From IMG/VR virus record IMGVR_UViG_3300036861_000361, positions 1 to 63,549 of that record: a stretch of 63,549 nt of DNA; one strand, given 5' to 3'. The notes under the pieces were generated by a model. It ran no database searches and was not told the DNA's origin. It saw only the letters and a program-made list of their open reading frames with translations. Each line of letters starts with the position of its first letter. Within the stretch, counting starts at the first letter, position 1. Positions 30,233-40,544 of this stretch are shown here, in pieces. The stretch is from a virus (Duplodnaviria > Caudoviricetes). The position numbers and the translations under genes were made by a program.

Positions 30233-30531
30233 ATTTTAGTAGCTGCTACCGTAATAAGTTTCCATTGCAGAATGTTCCAACATCGAGAATCAATGGATCG
30301 TATGACTTCAGCAATGTCCCTAACATTTGCCTCCGTGTGACCGCCTGCGACTATTACGCTTGGTGGTTCCTTATCATGCTCGCAACAACAGCCGAGCGTC
30401 TCAAAGCCAGCCGCCCATATCGCCTTAATTGCTGGCACCAGGCATCGGTCTAAGCTAACCCAACGGACTTTCTTCGACGTATCCACGTTCGGTGGCAAAG
30501 CTACTACTTCGCTTGTATTCCATTGGCACAT
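30229..30531 (-). CDS. Hypothetical protein
   Basis: LDRCL..W..G..T..CCCEH phage motif. Confidence 0.6.
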   Translation of the reverse strand: MCQWNTSEVVALPPNVDTSKKVRWVSLDRCLVPAIKAIWAAGFETLGCCCEHDKEPPSVIVAGGHTEANVRDIAEVIRSIDSRCWNILQWKLITVAATKI

Positions 30532-30671
30532 TTCTCAACAGCACCACCAAGCAGGCTTGAAGCGTCTGCATCGCTCGAAGGTGGGTGGCTTGTCGATGTA
30601 GAGGTCGATGTATGTGTAACACAGTACGCAGATGCGTCCGTCACGATAACGTATAGTTGTTGGGCGTTGCA

Positions 30672-33362
30672 TTAAAAGTCCTCCATTGAGTCCATGTCGT
30701 AACCTATTTGTGAATCGGCGTGGACAAAGAAGTTGCCTAAACTGTTGACCAATACCTCTGACGGTTTCTCGAACTCAGCCGTCACTACTTGCTTGCACTC
30801 ATCGGCGTCCTGCTCACGGGGCATCGACCACAGCGCGTCATGGGCAAAATTTACCGCGTTGAATTGTTTGAATACTCCGCCAGCGTGCAACCTGACCAGT
30901 GCTGCTTGCACAGTGCAGTGAGCGCAGTTACTGACTCTAAACGCAGTGCCCTGCTCAGCATCCTGATCCCAGAACCAGCGCATACAACCAAAGGGTGAGA
31001 TGAGTCGAGGTGACTTGGCGAGCAGCCGCTTTGTTTCAGCCGGGAACTCCTTGAACGTCTTGGGGAACAGGTTTTTAATCAGATAGATAAGTTCCTGCAC
31101 CTCACCCAACGACACAAAACCACCGTGGAGAATACGGAACATTTTCTCAGCACCCCCACCGAAGGCCATAAGGAAACTACACCTCTTCACCTTAGCGTTG
31201 CGAACATCGGTGTGCTTCTGCTTAATTTCTTTCAGGCGCTTACCCAAGTCAGAATCATTCATTGTCAGTAGACTGTCCGCATCAGGCTCCTCCATATAGT
31301 GCGCAGTGACGAAGCTGTGAACGTCGGAGTTGGCAAGGCGATAGTAGGCGGCGTCCTCGGCCAAAAATCCCTGCATTCGTGCATGGAAGCCGCGCAGGTC
31401 AGTCTTCACAAATACGTGGCCCTTCTCAGCGCGAATGGTGCCCTTGACCCGGTGCATGAGGTCGGTTATCCACGCATCGTTGGGGTCATAGTGCTCGGGG
31501 AACTGTTGGATGTTGGGCCGAGTACAGGATGTCTGCCCACTCGCTGTGCCAAAGCGGAATGTCCCATGCACACGACCATCACCGTTGGGCACCCAGTCAC
31601 CATTGGCATAGGTGCCACCGAGTTTGGTCAGCTTGCGTATCTTCTGCACCAGACGCAGCACATCGTCATCGGTCTCATCAATGAGAGCCTCGATTGCTTC
31701 TTTACCGGTAGTGTCACGGCCTGTGTCAATGTGGATGGGGACGCGGTAGCCCTGAAAGCGGATGTACTCCAAAAGTTGTTGTGACGAGTTGGAATTGAAC
31801 GGAAGCAGCTTGCACAGGCGATGCTCAACGTAGGATTCTCCTTCTGGTGTCACTAATTCGAATGGTTGACTCATGTAGCCCAACGCATTGTACTGCTCGT
31901 AGAATTGTGTCGGCTGGCATTTCTTGACCCAGAGCCCAGCGGCTTTGACCGCCTCACGTAAGTCTTTAGGGAAGCCCTTGTAGCCCTCCTTGGGAGTGAT
32001 GGGACGCAACTCCAGTGGCACTAACTCTTGCAACTCAGCCGACAGTGCCACTTCCTGCTCCGCAATGAACTCACGCAACTGAGCCTGCCGATCCTTGTCC
32101 ACGGGCAGGCCACGCTCACTAAGGTCGTCAAGCACAAAGCTTAGACGGTACTTGGTCTGATAATAGCCATCATAGAGATTAGACTTGTGCAGCGCAGCAA
32201 ACAGTTTGACGCCAACGCGGTAAGTCAGGTCAGCATCTCGTGCTCCGTACCATCGAAGTGTGGGCCACACGCGAGTCTCTAACCACTCGTCGCGCTCAGG
32301 GCCGTTTTCGTAGGGGCAGGAGGGGTCTACCATACCTTTCCAGACGCCCTCTTGTGGATAATAGAAGCTGACACAGGATTGCAGGGACATCAGCTTGGAT
32401 GGCACGCCCTTGTCACCGTGGGTGTCGTCCTTGTTCGACATGAAGTTTGGTTGCAGGTGGCCCCATGCATCCATCAGGTCATGGGTCTCACCATTGATGG
32501 TCACTCCATGAGCCCGCAGCACCTTACGGTCGAACAGGCGGTCAAACCAACCCCACTTGGGATTGGGTAGCGCGAGGATGGTCTCTATTGCCTCTCTCCG
32601 CTCGGGCCACGGCAGTACAAGGGCTTCTCCTGCATTGGATGAGAACTGCACTTGCAAGATGCGCTTGTCAGCCCACGTGCTCGGTTCGTCCTCGCCAAGT
32701 ATGTCCCCGGTTTCGATGTCATAAGCGCAGGGAAGTTCAGGGTCGTTACGCAGCTGCTGGATATATGCATCCACGTCAAGAGATGTTGGTGAGGTAACAT
32801 AGTTGGTGGGCAGTCGAGCAGGGATTCCCTTGGTAGCAAATTGGTGGACGCGCCTTATGTCGTGCATGAATGCCCCGAACAGATGCATCGCACCTCGGGC
32901 CAGAAATGACGGATGGTAGGTGGCAATCATCGGAATGCCATAGCGTGATTCAAGTAGAAAGCCACGCAGTTCGCTAATGTTGCCTTTGGTGAGGCTCAGT
33001 TCTTTGAGGGGAACGTCTCCGAGCGTCAGGATTAGCTTTGGCTTGCGCTCTTCGACAGCGGCGTCGAGGTACTGCCTGCACTGCGCGACAGCCTCTGGTG
33101 GATAGGGGGCTTCACTTTTGCACCTGATGGTATTTGTGATCGTTAATAATTTGCGGTTAATGCCACCGCCGTTTACTGCCTTTTGGAATACACCCCCACT
33201 GGGTGCACGTGGTCGCAAAGGAAGCCCATCAATTTCTTCCGCACGTCCAAGTGATTCAGCTATTACCATCAGCCCGCTGCTACCATCCCCTTCCAGCAGG
33301 GAGAAGCCCTTACGGTTGGAGTGCAAGGAGCAGCCGAGGCAGGTTTTGGGCAGGGGAATCAT
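30672..33362 (-). CDS. Family A DNA polymerase with N-terminal family-4 uracil-DNA-glycosylase-like domain and 3'-5' exonuclease
   Basis: CLGC..ESLG..TYHPSFL (UDG); YDIET and Y..RDAD (exo); PNIQQFP, AHDAL (pol). Confidence 0.9.
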   Translation of the reverse strand: MIPLPKTCLGCSLHSNRKGFSLLEGDGSSGLMVIAESLGRAEEIDGLPLRPRAPSGGVFQKAVNGGGINRKLLTITNTIRCKSEAPYPPEAVAQCRQYLDAAVEERKPKLILTLGDVPLKELSLTKGNISELRGFLLESRYGIPMIATYHPSFLARGAMHLFGAFMHDIRRVHQFATKGIPARLPTNYVTSPTSLDVDAYIQQLRNDPELPCAYDIETGDILGEDEPSTWADKRILQVQFSSNAGEALVLPWPERREAIETILALPNPKWGWFDRLFDRKVLRAHGVTINGETHDLMDAWGHLQPNFMSNKDDTHGDKGVPSKLMSLQSCVSFYYPQEGVWKGMVDPSCPYENGPERDEWLETRVWPTLRWYGARDADLTYRVGVKLFAALHKSNLYDGYYQTKYRLSFVLDDLSERGLPVDKDRQAQLREFIAEQEVALSAELQELVPLELRPITPKEGYKGFPKDLREAVKAAGLWVKKCQPTQFYEQYNALGYMSQPFELVTPEGESYVEHRLCKLLPFNSNSSQQLLEYIRFQGYRVPIHIDTGRDTTGKEAIEALIDETDDDVLRLVQKIRKLTKLGGTYANGDWVPNGDGRVHGTFRFGTASGQTSCTRPNIQQFPEHYDPNDAWITDLMHRVKGTIRAEKGHVFVKTDLRGFHARMQGFLAEDAAYYRLANSDVHSFVTAHYMEEPDADSLLTMNDSDLGKRLKEIKQKHTDVRNAKVKRCSFLMAFGGGAEKMFRILHGGFVSLGEVQELIYLIKNLFPKTFKEFPAETKRLLAKSPRLISPFGCMRWFWDQDAEQGTAFRVSNCAHCTVQAALVRLHAGGVFKQFNAVNFAHDALWSMPREQDADECKQVVTAEFEKPSEVLVNSLGNFFVHADSQIGYDMDSMEDF

Positions 33363-33592
33363 GCGGCGTACTTACTCACAAGATCACGCGACCAAGCGAG
33401 TTGTCGCTCACTAACACCGAAGCGATCAATCTTCTCTTCCATGTCGCTGACAAACTGTGCTTCTCGGTCGCCCATGCCGTCTGTCTCGGATGCAAGCAGC
33501 GCAAGACACTTCCGCGCTGACTTCAGGCGGTCGTCGTCACTAAGAACATTGTCACGATTGAATGCTGTTTGGGTCATGTACCATTTCTCCAC
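33359..33592 (-). CDS. Hypothetical protein
   Basis: Coupled to polymerase; EAQFV..SERQLAW. Confidence 0.6.
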   Translation of the reverse strand: MEKWYMTQTAFNRDNVLSDDDRLKSARKCLALLASETDGMGDREAQFVSDMEEKIDRFGVSERQLAWSRDLVSKYAA

Positions 33593-34092
33593 CGAACACT
33601 GTTTTCATCAACTTTCTCCAGCAACGTCCAGGCACGAATCGCCGTGCCATTGCCTGTAGTAATGCCATAGACCTTGCGAATCTTTAGCGGCTTGCGTGTG
33701 ACGGGAACAATGAAGTGTAGCAACCCAATGAAGCCACCAACCTTGCACAGCCTCGCTGCTTCTTTCAATAATTCTCCCGGCTTAGGATAGTGCTTACCGA
33801 CGCCGTAGAGATTCTCTGCATAAGTTTCTGAGTATGGTGGGTCAATCATTATGAAACTAAAAGATTCATCAGCGAGTGGGACGGCTCGCGCATCTGCAAG
33901 GATGCTTGGATTCATCTCAGCTCGTATGTCTACTGTGACACCTGAACGCATTGAGCCAGAGCAGAGGTGTAATACAGACTCAGGGTCGTCACAGCCCATC
34001 TCAGCAAGCGCCCACTCCATAAACCGCTTTGGGTATCCACCACCGTCAGGAAAGGCATCGAACCAGACGACAGGTTGCGGTTTTCCATACAT
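33574..34092 (-). CDS. DNA amino-methyltransferase
   Basis: LHLCSG SAM motif and IDPPY. Confidence 0.75.
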   Translation of the reverse strand: MYGKPQPVVWFDAFPDGGGYPKRFMEWALAEMGCDDPESVLHLCSGSMRSGVTVDIRAEMNPSILADARAVPLADESFSFIMIDPPYSETYAENLYGVGKHYPKPGELLKEAARLCKVGGFIGLLHFIVPVTRKPLKIRKVYGITTGNGTAIRAWTLLEKVDENSVRWRNGT

Positions 34093-34288
34093 GATCGGAT
34101 GACCTTCACCTTTGCTGGATGTTGATGTAGTGCCAAAGTTGTGTTTTATGCTACAGCCTCATTCACCACCGCATCATCCATCGCTACCCACTCGTAATAG
34201 TCATCGTACTCGGTGCCGTTGCGGGGATAGGTGTCACCACTGAGTTGAGCATTATCGCTACAGCAGTTGTCGGCGTCTCTCTCGTCGC

Positions 34289-34642
34289 TCACGACTCACC
34301 TCCAGCCTCTGCGCCCCCATTGACCGCCAGTGGCATGCGTCCGGCCTTGGCCCGCTCCAGTTCCAGTCCCAGGCGAGCAATCTCTTTGCCGTCGCCCATC
34401 GCAACTGCCTTGGTGAGATGGGCGTTGAGGTTGGCAAGGCGTTTGGGTATACCCTCCAGTTGTTCGTAGCCGAGGTCAATTAATGTCGTTGTAGCAACGC
34501 CACATTCATTTGCAATGGCGGCTTCACTGGTGCCTTGGACAGCATCCAACACCGCTCGCAGTGCCAACGCCAGCCGCCGCTCCCGGCTCACTAATGCGCG
34601 TTCCTTTGTTGTTGTCTCTGTTGTCGTTTTCTTTTTACCCAT
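34289..34642 (-). CDS. Hypothetical protein
   Basis: Strong GGAGAAGGAG RBS. Confidence 0.7.
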   Translation of the reverse strand: MGKKKTTTETTTKERALVSRERRLALALRAVLDAVQGTSEAAIANECGVATTTLIDLGYEQLEGIPKRLANLNAHLTKAVAMGDGKEIARLGLELERAKAGRMPLAVNGGAEAGGES

Positions 34643-35049
34643 ATCAATCTCCTTCTCCTTTAGTGTTGATTACTTTCCTACATTGAAGCGGGAGTCTCCC
34701 CCAGGTAATTAGGAAACCTGCTGACCGTGGTTAGGTCAGAACTCCCGCATAAACTTGAACTGTGGTTGGGCGATGCGATGCCCCTTATGTTTAGTGTCGT
34801 AAGCGACTGAGCTGATTACATCGCTACCCTTGTTTCGCGGGCGTCATCGGCTCGTTTTAGCCATCCGCTTAGCCCTTGAAAATCCCGACGATTGCCCAAC
34901 CACAAACTTGTCAAATATCTCGCCCCTGCCTAATCGTCCTCACCGTCTCACTTCCCAGCCAGCACACTGCCAGCACGAACCAGCCGATGGCGGCGACAAC
35001 GCCAGCAATCAGCAGCACGGCCAAGGCGATGAAGGATGTAGCTATGAGT

Positions 35050-35493
35050 TCAGCCATTTCTCCACTCACTTTCTGTTATTTCGGTCAAGACCACTTCCAC
35101 CTTGTTCTCATTGCTGTTGCGACTGTCCATATAACCCCGCTTCACATACAAGTCGTCGATGCCAATCTTGCGCGTCACCAGATTGAATAACAGCGCATCC
35201 ATGTTCACTACATCCACTCTGCGCCATGTTCCCTTGGCCGTGAACCAGGGCAGGTAGTAGCAACGGTCAACACGCAGTATCGAATTGGTTGCTACCGTGA
35301 ACCGAGGGATGAACGGCATCATGCGTGTTATCCATAGGCTCCACTCGGCCTTGAGCCGCTTCCGTGGCAACCCACTGTCGGGCCGATTCAACTCGTAAAG
35401 ATCGTTCAAAGAACCCGGAAGCGAAGGTAATGTGAAACTCACTGTGTTGGCAGACACACCAGTTATTGCCCCATCTGATATGTCTGCCAACAC
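35050..35493 (-). CDS. RusA-like Holliday junction resolvase
   Basis: PGSLN..RRVDVVN..GIDD..V..KVEV. Confidence 0.65.
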   Translation of the reverse strand: MLADISDGAITGVSANTVSFTLPSLPGSLNDLYELNRPDSGLPRKRLKAEWSLWITRMMPFIPRFTVATNSILRVDRCYYLPWFTAKGTWRRVDVVNMDALLFNLVTRKIGIDDLYVKRGYMDSRNSNENKVEVVLTEITESEWRNG

Positions 35494-35497
35494 AGTG
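35440..35497. repeat. Perfect 17-bp inverted repeat
   Basis: CACTGTGTTGGCAGACA (35440-35456) / TGTCTGCCAACACAGTG (35481-35497). Confidence 0.9.
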
Positions 35498-35732
35498 CCC
35501 CCTTTGCCTAATAGATTAAGTGAGCGTGATTTTGCTTTTGGCCCACGCCCGTGCCTCAGAAGGTTTCGACTTTGTGCCGAGTTCAGAATTACTGTAGCGA
35601 ACGACGACGGTTCTTTCCCCGATATTCTGTTCGCGTCTTTGGCCTCGGGGTCAGCGGGCCAGCTACTCTGTCTCGGTCATACGGGTTTGCCACCTACAAA
35701 TATCAGACTTCCCGCTTGGTTTGCTGCCAAGA

Positions 35733-36371
35733 TTATGCTACTGCGGTCTCGGAAGCCTGAGCCGTTGCCCGCTTCACAGGCTTCAGGTTGCGCAGATGGT
35801 TCTCGAACTCGCCGTCGATTTTGACGTACTTCTTGGCGGCTTGATCGTAGGTCTCCCGCTTGTCCTTGCTGATGTCGGCCACGAACTTGCGACCGATAAG
35901 CCCCTCACGAAAGGCTTTGTCGTTCTTGGGAGATGGGTTGTTGGGAAAGCCGAGGGCCGTCAGCAACTCGTTATACTCACCCCACGCACCACCGGACTTC
36001 GGCGTGTACCAGTCCTTCTTGAAGTCATAGCCTTCGCGGTTCACCTGGATCAATATGCGCGGGAAAAACATCTTCTTGGCGTATCGGCCCTTGCCATCCA
36101 CGCCGTGCTTGTCCACGGCCACGTAGAGTTTCAGCGATCGCTTCATCCAGTCAGTCTTGTCCTTAGGCGTGTAGGTGTCGATCATGGCCCTGACAATCTC
36201 AAACGTGACCCCCTTGGCCGGTTCGATGTAATCCTCGTTGGACATGGGCGTGGCTTGCGACACGTCCTCACCTGGTATTTCCACCTCATCGGATTCAGTC
36301 TCGGCTGAGCCTGTTGGTGGATCGTTAATATCAACTTCCTGTGCTACATCATCGTCTACTTCGGTACTCAT
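35733..36371 (-). CDS. Putative single-stranded DNA-binding protein
   Basis: Acidic N-terminus, follows Sak4-like ATPase. Confidence 0.5.
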   Translation of the reverse strand: MSTEVDDDVAQEVDINDPPTGSAETESDEVEIPGEDVSQATPMSNEDYIEPAKGVTFEIVRAMIDTYTPKDKTDWMKRSLKLYVAVDKHGVDGKGRYAKKMFFPRILIQVNREGYDFKKDWYTPKSGGAWGEYNELLTALGFPNNPSPKNDKAFREGLIGRKFVADISKDKRETYDQAAKKYVKIDGEFENHLRNLKPVKRATAQASETAVA

Positions 36372-37363
36372 TTAGTTGCTCCTTTAGCAGTTGGTTGGGC
36401 TTCAGCCCCTTTGGTTGTTGATGATTTGCTGTCGGTACTACCCGAAGCAGCGTTAGTAGAACTGTTGGCGATTTTGGCTAAGATTGTTTTGTAAAGGTTT
36501 CCATTAGTTAAGCGTAAAGTGCCCAAACCAAAACGATTCTTTGCGAGAATCACAGTATCGAGTGATTCAGAGCGAGTGCGCCGACAATAAGCGTAGTATT
36601 GAATTATCTCCTTGCCTTCTTCGCTGCGCTCAAGTCGATCTTCAAGGTAGATCATGGCCGAAGGCAGCCCGGCGATACGCTGACGAAATGAACCGAGCAC
36701 TTGAGGTGAAAGGTCTGAGTCAAGATTTACTTGGCGTTTGGATTGTGCTTGTTGCTCTATCGCAGTTGGTGTTCGTGCAAATTGCATCCCTTTTATCGTA
36801 TTGTCCGACTCCCGTTGTAGATGGCAAGAAACAACGACGTTCAGGCGGTCACGAGTCGCAAGCGGTAATAGATTTTGCAGTACAAGATGATCTAGGTAAG
36901 AACCCAATGCATCATACCAGCTACGTTGGTCAGCGTCCTTACGATCCATCCCCTGCTTCTCAGTCCAAACAACGCCCTTGGACTCACAAATCTGTGTCCA
37001 TTTAAGTGTCGCTAAATAATTGAAGCCATCCAGAAATACGGTTTCAATTTTCTTTTCACCCTTTGGGCCAAGTTGTTGAGCCAAGGCAAGTGCTCCGTAG
37101 ATGCTCCTCTCGCTTGGTGTCTCGGTGAATTGAAAGACTTCGTTAAGCGGGATACCATTTAACGGCACGTGCATCACCAAGTTGTCAATATGTTTTTGGT
37201 TCTCAGGCTGACGGAGCACGTCTGTTCCAGTTGGATCGAAACTGATTATCAGAACCTTGGGAAATGTCATCCCTTGTAAGGTCTTGCCGCTGCCAGCCCC
37301 ACCGTTCAGCCAAATTGTCAGACCGTTCGGCTTTAGAAACTCCTCTTTATTTACGAATGGCAT
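36368..37363 (-). CDS. Sak4-like / AAA_24 ATPase
   Basis: GGAGSGKT, FLDG, CH, AKNR. Confidence 0.75.
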   Translation of the reverse strand: MPFVNKEEFLKPNGLTIWLNGGAGSGKTLQGMTFPKVLIISFDPTGTDVLRQPENQKHIDNLVMHVPLNGIPLNEVFQFTETPSERSIYGALALAQQLGPKGEKKIETVFLDGFNYLATLKWTQICESKGVVWTEKQGMDRKDADQRSWYDALGSYLDHLVLQNLLPLATRDRLNVVVSCHLQRESDNTIKGMQFARTPTAIEQQAQSKRQVNLDSDLSPQVLGSFRQRIAGLPSAMIYLEDRLERSEEGKEIIQYYAYCRRTRSESLDTVILAKNRFGLGTLRLTNGNLYKTILAKIANSSTNAASGSTDSKSSTTKGAEAQPTAKGATK

Positions 37364-37545
37364 TTATTTTTCCTTCCATCAACAATGGTCAGTGCGTCTT
37401 CTACAGACCAACCACTGCGAAGACGTGCGTAAATTGCCTGATAAGGTGGGGTAACGAAACGCTCTACAATCTCAGCGAGCGTGGCGGTTACTCCTTGGAT
37501 TTTATAGGTTGGGGTTTTGTGCATCCCGTGCTTAGCTGATGGCAT
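37351..37545 (-). pseudogene. Internally deleted HNH-type homing endonuclease remnant
   Basis: KHGMHKTPTY N-terminus joined directly to TLAE..RLRSGWSVEDAL C-terminus. Confidence 0.5.
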
Positions 37546-38536
37546 CTTCTGTGACCTCTTCCTCGACTTCGTGATCGGCCTGCACTGCAACGGTCGCATC
37601 ATGCTCACCCTCATGGCCCAGAGCCAACTGACACTTGCCTTCGGGTAATACCCTTGGACACGCCTGCTTGTAATAGTTGAGTATCAACTCCTCGTCACGG
37701 GGCCATGTGTAACCGGCACGGCACAACTGCAGATAGACACACTCGACGCCGTACTGGTGGCAGGACTGGTCATTGTAGCCCCACAGGCCGGATGCCTTGT
37801 CCTGCTCGATGCGCTGCGTCCAGTAGGTGAAATTGTCACGCTCAAGCTGTAGGCAGTCCTCGTTCGGGTTGAAGCACATGCGAGCGAAGGAGAACCAGTC
37901 ACCGGCTGGCTGCTGCACACCTTTATCGGGGCCTTGGCGGGGTGTGTAGGCTTTGCTGCGGTGCTTGAACGACGCAGCATTGATGTAGAAGCCGCCGCAG
38001 TGACCGAACTTGGTCTTGATGTAGTCAGTGTAGAAGCGAATCTGGCTGTCAGGCTCGAAGCGAGTCCAATAGTTGTTGTCCAGGTAACTGCTGGTTGTCT
38101 TGTGATCCCAACCGTAGATTTGTCCGTCACGCTGGTCTTCGGTAATCAAATCCAGCTTGAGAATCTTGTCCCCTTCGTCGGTGTTGCGCTCCTCGACGTG
38201 CAGGACTTTGTGGTAACTGTCGTCTTCCTGCCAGCGATTGATATACTTGCCCAGTCCGGCAATGCCGTTCAGGAAAGACTTACCCTGGGAGCGAACAGGC
38301 AATGGGTTGGGGTAATTCTCAGCAGGATAGGCGGTAGCAAAGGCGTCGGCCATATTCTTGAGAGTACCACCTTGATAGCGAGCAGCCAGTCCTGCGTGCC
38401 ACGCATTGCCAAAGTCAGCATCGTGGCGACTCTCGGCCTGCAAAGGCACCAGCTTGTCAATGTAACGCATCTTGAATTTCAAGGCGCAGGCACGGTAGGT
38501 GCTCAGCATGGAATGGCTGTACTTAGGGTTGCTCAT
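37532..38536 (-). CDS. PD-(D/E)xK exonuclease (Cas4/RecB-like)
   Basis: SHSMLSTY..C, FGNAWH, LDLI..DHKT, QIRFY, C-terminal Cys cluster. Confidence 0.8.
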   Translation of the reverse strand: MSNPKYSHSMLSTYRACALKFKMRYIDKLVPLQAESRHDADFGNAWHAGLAARYQGGTLKNMADAFATAYPAENYPNPLPVRSQGKSFLNGIAGLGKYINRWQEDDSYHKVLHVEERNTDEGDKILKLDLITEDQRDGQIYGWDHKTTSSYLDNNYWTRFEPDSQIRFYTDYIKTKFGHCGGFYINAASFKHRSKAYTPRQGPDKGVQQPAGDWFSFARMCFNPNEDCLQLERDNFTYWTQRIEQDKASGLWGYNDQSCHQYGVECVYLQLCRAGYTWPRDEELILNYYKQACPRVLPEGKCQLALGHEGEHDATVAVQADHEVEEEVTEDAIS

Positions 38537-38643
38537 TTTGGTTTATTCCAACTATAACTCTTGCACTTCGGACACACTTTCGGCTTCTCAGGCCGTTGTG
38601 GATACCATGAATGCTGACAGCGTTTGCATGTTAGTTTCTTCAT
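38533..38643 (-). CDS. 36-aa zinc-ribbon microprotein (not in ORF track)
   Basis: MKKLTCKRCQHSWYPQRPEKPKVCPKCKSYSWNKPK; stop overlaps exonuclease ATG. Confidence 0.75.
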   Translation of the reverse strand: MKKLTCKRCQHSWYPQRPEKPKVCPKCKSYSWNKPK

Positions 38644-38651
38644 GGGCGGAC

Positions 38652-38680
38652 AGCTTACTACGTAGTGGTCAGATTGTCAA
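38652..38680 (-). promoter_or_regulatory. Sigma70-type promoter
   Basis: TTGACA-17 nt-TAAGCT, 8 nt before ATG 38643. Confidence 0.65.
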
Positions 38681-39344
38681 GTTTTATTTCTTTGAATCCT
38701 CTTTGGTAGCCAGTAGGAAGGAGAGCACGGATTGCTGTGGCAAGATTATCGGCGGCGACTCTTTGCCCTTCCCAGTATTTGACCTGCGGAAGCAAACAGG
38801 ACTCTCCGATTGAATCAAATTCTGTTTCATTGATGGACGCTTGCTGTTCCGGGTGCGGAGAGCAATGTGATCACGTCGTTGTAGATCGCTTCCCACTTCC
38901 GATGAGTCTCAGCAGAATCCCATTCACCACTTGCCACGTATTCCATTTCGAGTTCAGGATGTGCTTCAAAGTGCTCCGCCCAGTGAAGGTGTGTATCTCT
39001 GGCTTCCTTCATAAAGTCAACTAGGGCTTCGTGTGAACTTTGTGCGGGTTGGTTGGGTTGAGAGCGGATGTCAGCCTCGGCGCTGGATAACAACCTCTCC
39101 GCTCTAATTCGCTGTGGACACGATATGCCTCCATAAGCGCAACCCAAATCGCTGCCGTGGAACAAGGCGTGGATGCCCCCTAATAAACCTCCGGGCAATA
39201 GTTCCTGCTCTCCACCACCCTGAGAGGAATCAACGGGAAACTCACAGTAGCAGTGGCATCTTGGCGACTTACACATTCCAGATGGATATGTGCCCTCACT
39301 ATCACCGCACTTTATACATTTGTCCTGAGAGGAATTGATTTCGT

Positions 39345-39773
39345 TCATTTGGTTTGCTCCAACGGGATCGGCTGAATATGCCGGATAGCCCATGCTCTAA
39401 CTCTTTTCCACCGTGCTTGCGGGGTTTCATCGCCGCGCCAAGCGTTCCCACCTTCATCGTTGACGTAGACGATCTCACGGGCGAGTTGTTCGGCTATGTC
39501 GAAGGCATCAGCGATGGATTCCGACTCTTCGGGGTCAAGGTGTTCCATTGAAATACCGCGTCGCAGCCCGACTGCTCCAAGCGCACAGACATCACCGGCA
39601 CCGTCGATAAGTTCTCTTGCTATCAACACCTTCTCGGGCATTGCGTCCAAAGCGTTGACTAAATCAACTAGCAAAGCTTGCCCACGCTTTCCGCGCATTG
39701 CGGACGCTACCTGACCGCGCCATTTGATTAAGTCCCACTGATCTAGGTCGTCGCTGTAACCATGTCTGCTCAT
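39345..39773 (-). CDS. Conserved phage hypothetical protein
   Basis: MSRHGYSDD..WRGQVASA..GKRGQA..CALG..NDE. Confidence 0.7.
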   Translation of the reverse strand: MSRHGYSDDLDQWDLIKWRGQVASAMRGKRGQALLVDLVNALDAMPEKVLIARELIDGAGDVCALGAVGLRRGISMEHLDPEESESIADAFDIAEQLAREIVYVNDEGGNAWRGDETPQARWKRVRAWAIRHIQPIPLEQTK

Positions 39774-39777
39774 CTAC

Positions 39778-40197
39778 CTACCCTCTTGTGGGTTGATGGG
39801 AATTAACCGCCTTCGTGATTGCTGCTTCAAGCCGAGCCACTTCTGAATAAAATGTGTCGTCATCAGAGCAGTAGCAGTTAGCGATCAGTTCAGCCGCATC
39901 GTGAATGGCTGCGCTTGCTTTATTAGACCGCCAGTTGCGCTCGGGTGCGGCAGACTCAACACTTTGAGAGATGGTCATTTCGATTGCTCCTTCGGGTAAG
40001 CTAATCAATCTAAATCGCTTTAGCGTTTCATCGAGAGAGTGCCGCGCTGCGTCATGGTTCCTTACAAGCTCACCATAATTCGATACATCTTTATCTGTTC
40101 GCTGTGACAGGTTGTAGAGAACATTCGAGCACTGCGCTGCCGCACTCTTGTACGATTGCCATGCCGCCGCGAGCTTTGCTTTATCGTCCTTGGTCAT
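39778..40197 (-). CDS. Hypothetical protein
   Basis: Coupled minus-strand run. Confidence 0.55.
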   Translation of the reverse strand: MTKDDKAKLAAAWQSYKSAAAQCSNVLYNLSQRTDKDVSNYGELVRNHDAARHSLDETLKRFRLISLPEGAIEMTISQSVESAAPERNWRSNKASAAIHDAAELIANCYCSDDDTFYSEVARLEAAITKAVNSHQPTRG

Positions 40198-40544
40198 TTT
40201 CGTTCCTTTCCTTCCAGCGCATTGAGAGCCAGCAGTGCATTGGTGACACTGATAACCGCCTCGCCATAAGCATCTGGATACACCACCAAGACCACCGCTG
40301 CGCTGTCCATTTGCTTCTTACATTCCCGCGCTGCGTCCACCACTGCCTGGTACGCTCGTTCCCGCTCTGGGGAGGCTTGTCGCATTACAAACAAGTCGTT
40401 TATTCTTTGACGCAACGGTGTCTGAAGCGCGCCGGGGACATGCGCCCGAATGAAGTCGTCAAGGCGCACAACGGCAGTTAACCCATCATCTTCTTCATCC
40501 CGTGGAGACTGGCGCGGATGCTCATCAATATTAGTTTGGCTCAT
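40194..40544 (-). CDS. Hypothetical protein
   Basis: Coupled minus-strand run. Confidence 0.55.
   Translation of the reverse strand: MSQTNIDEHPRQSPRDEEDDGLTAVVRLDDFIRAHVPGALQTPLRQRINDLFVMRQASPERERAYQAVVDAARECKKQMDSAAVVLVVYPDAYGEAVISVTNALLALNALEGKERK

Noticed and set aside
34688-34748. tRNA
   Set aside because: Only two internal arms; no T-loop or D-loop consensus, no CCA
37532-38536. Cas4-like nuclease as part of a CRISPR system
   Set aside because: No array or other cas genes; sits in a Sak4/SSB recombination module
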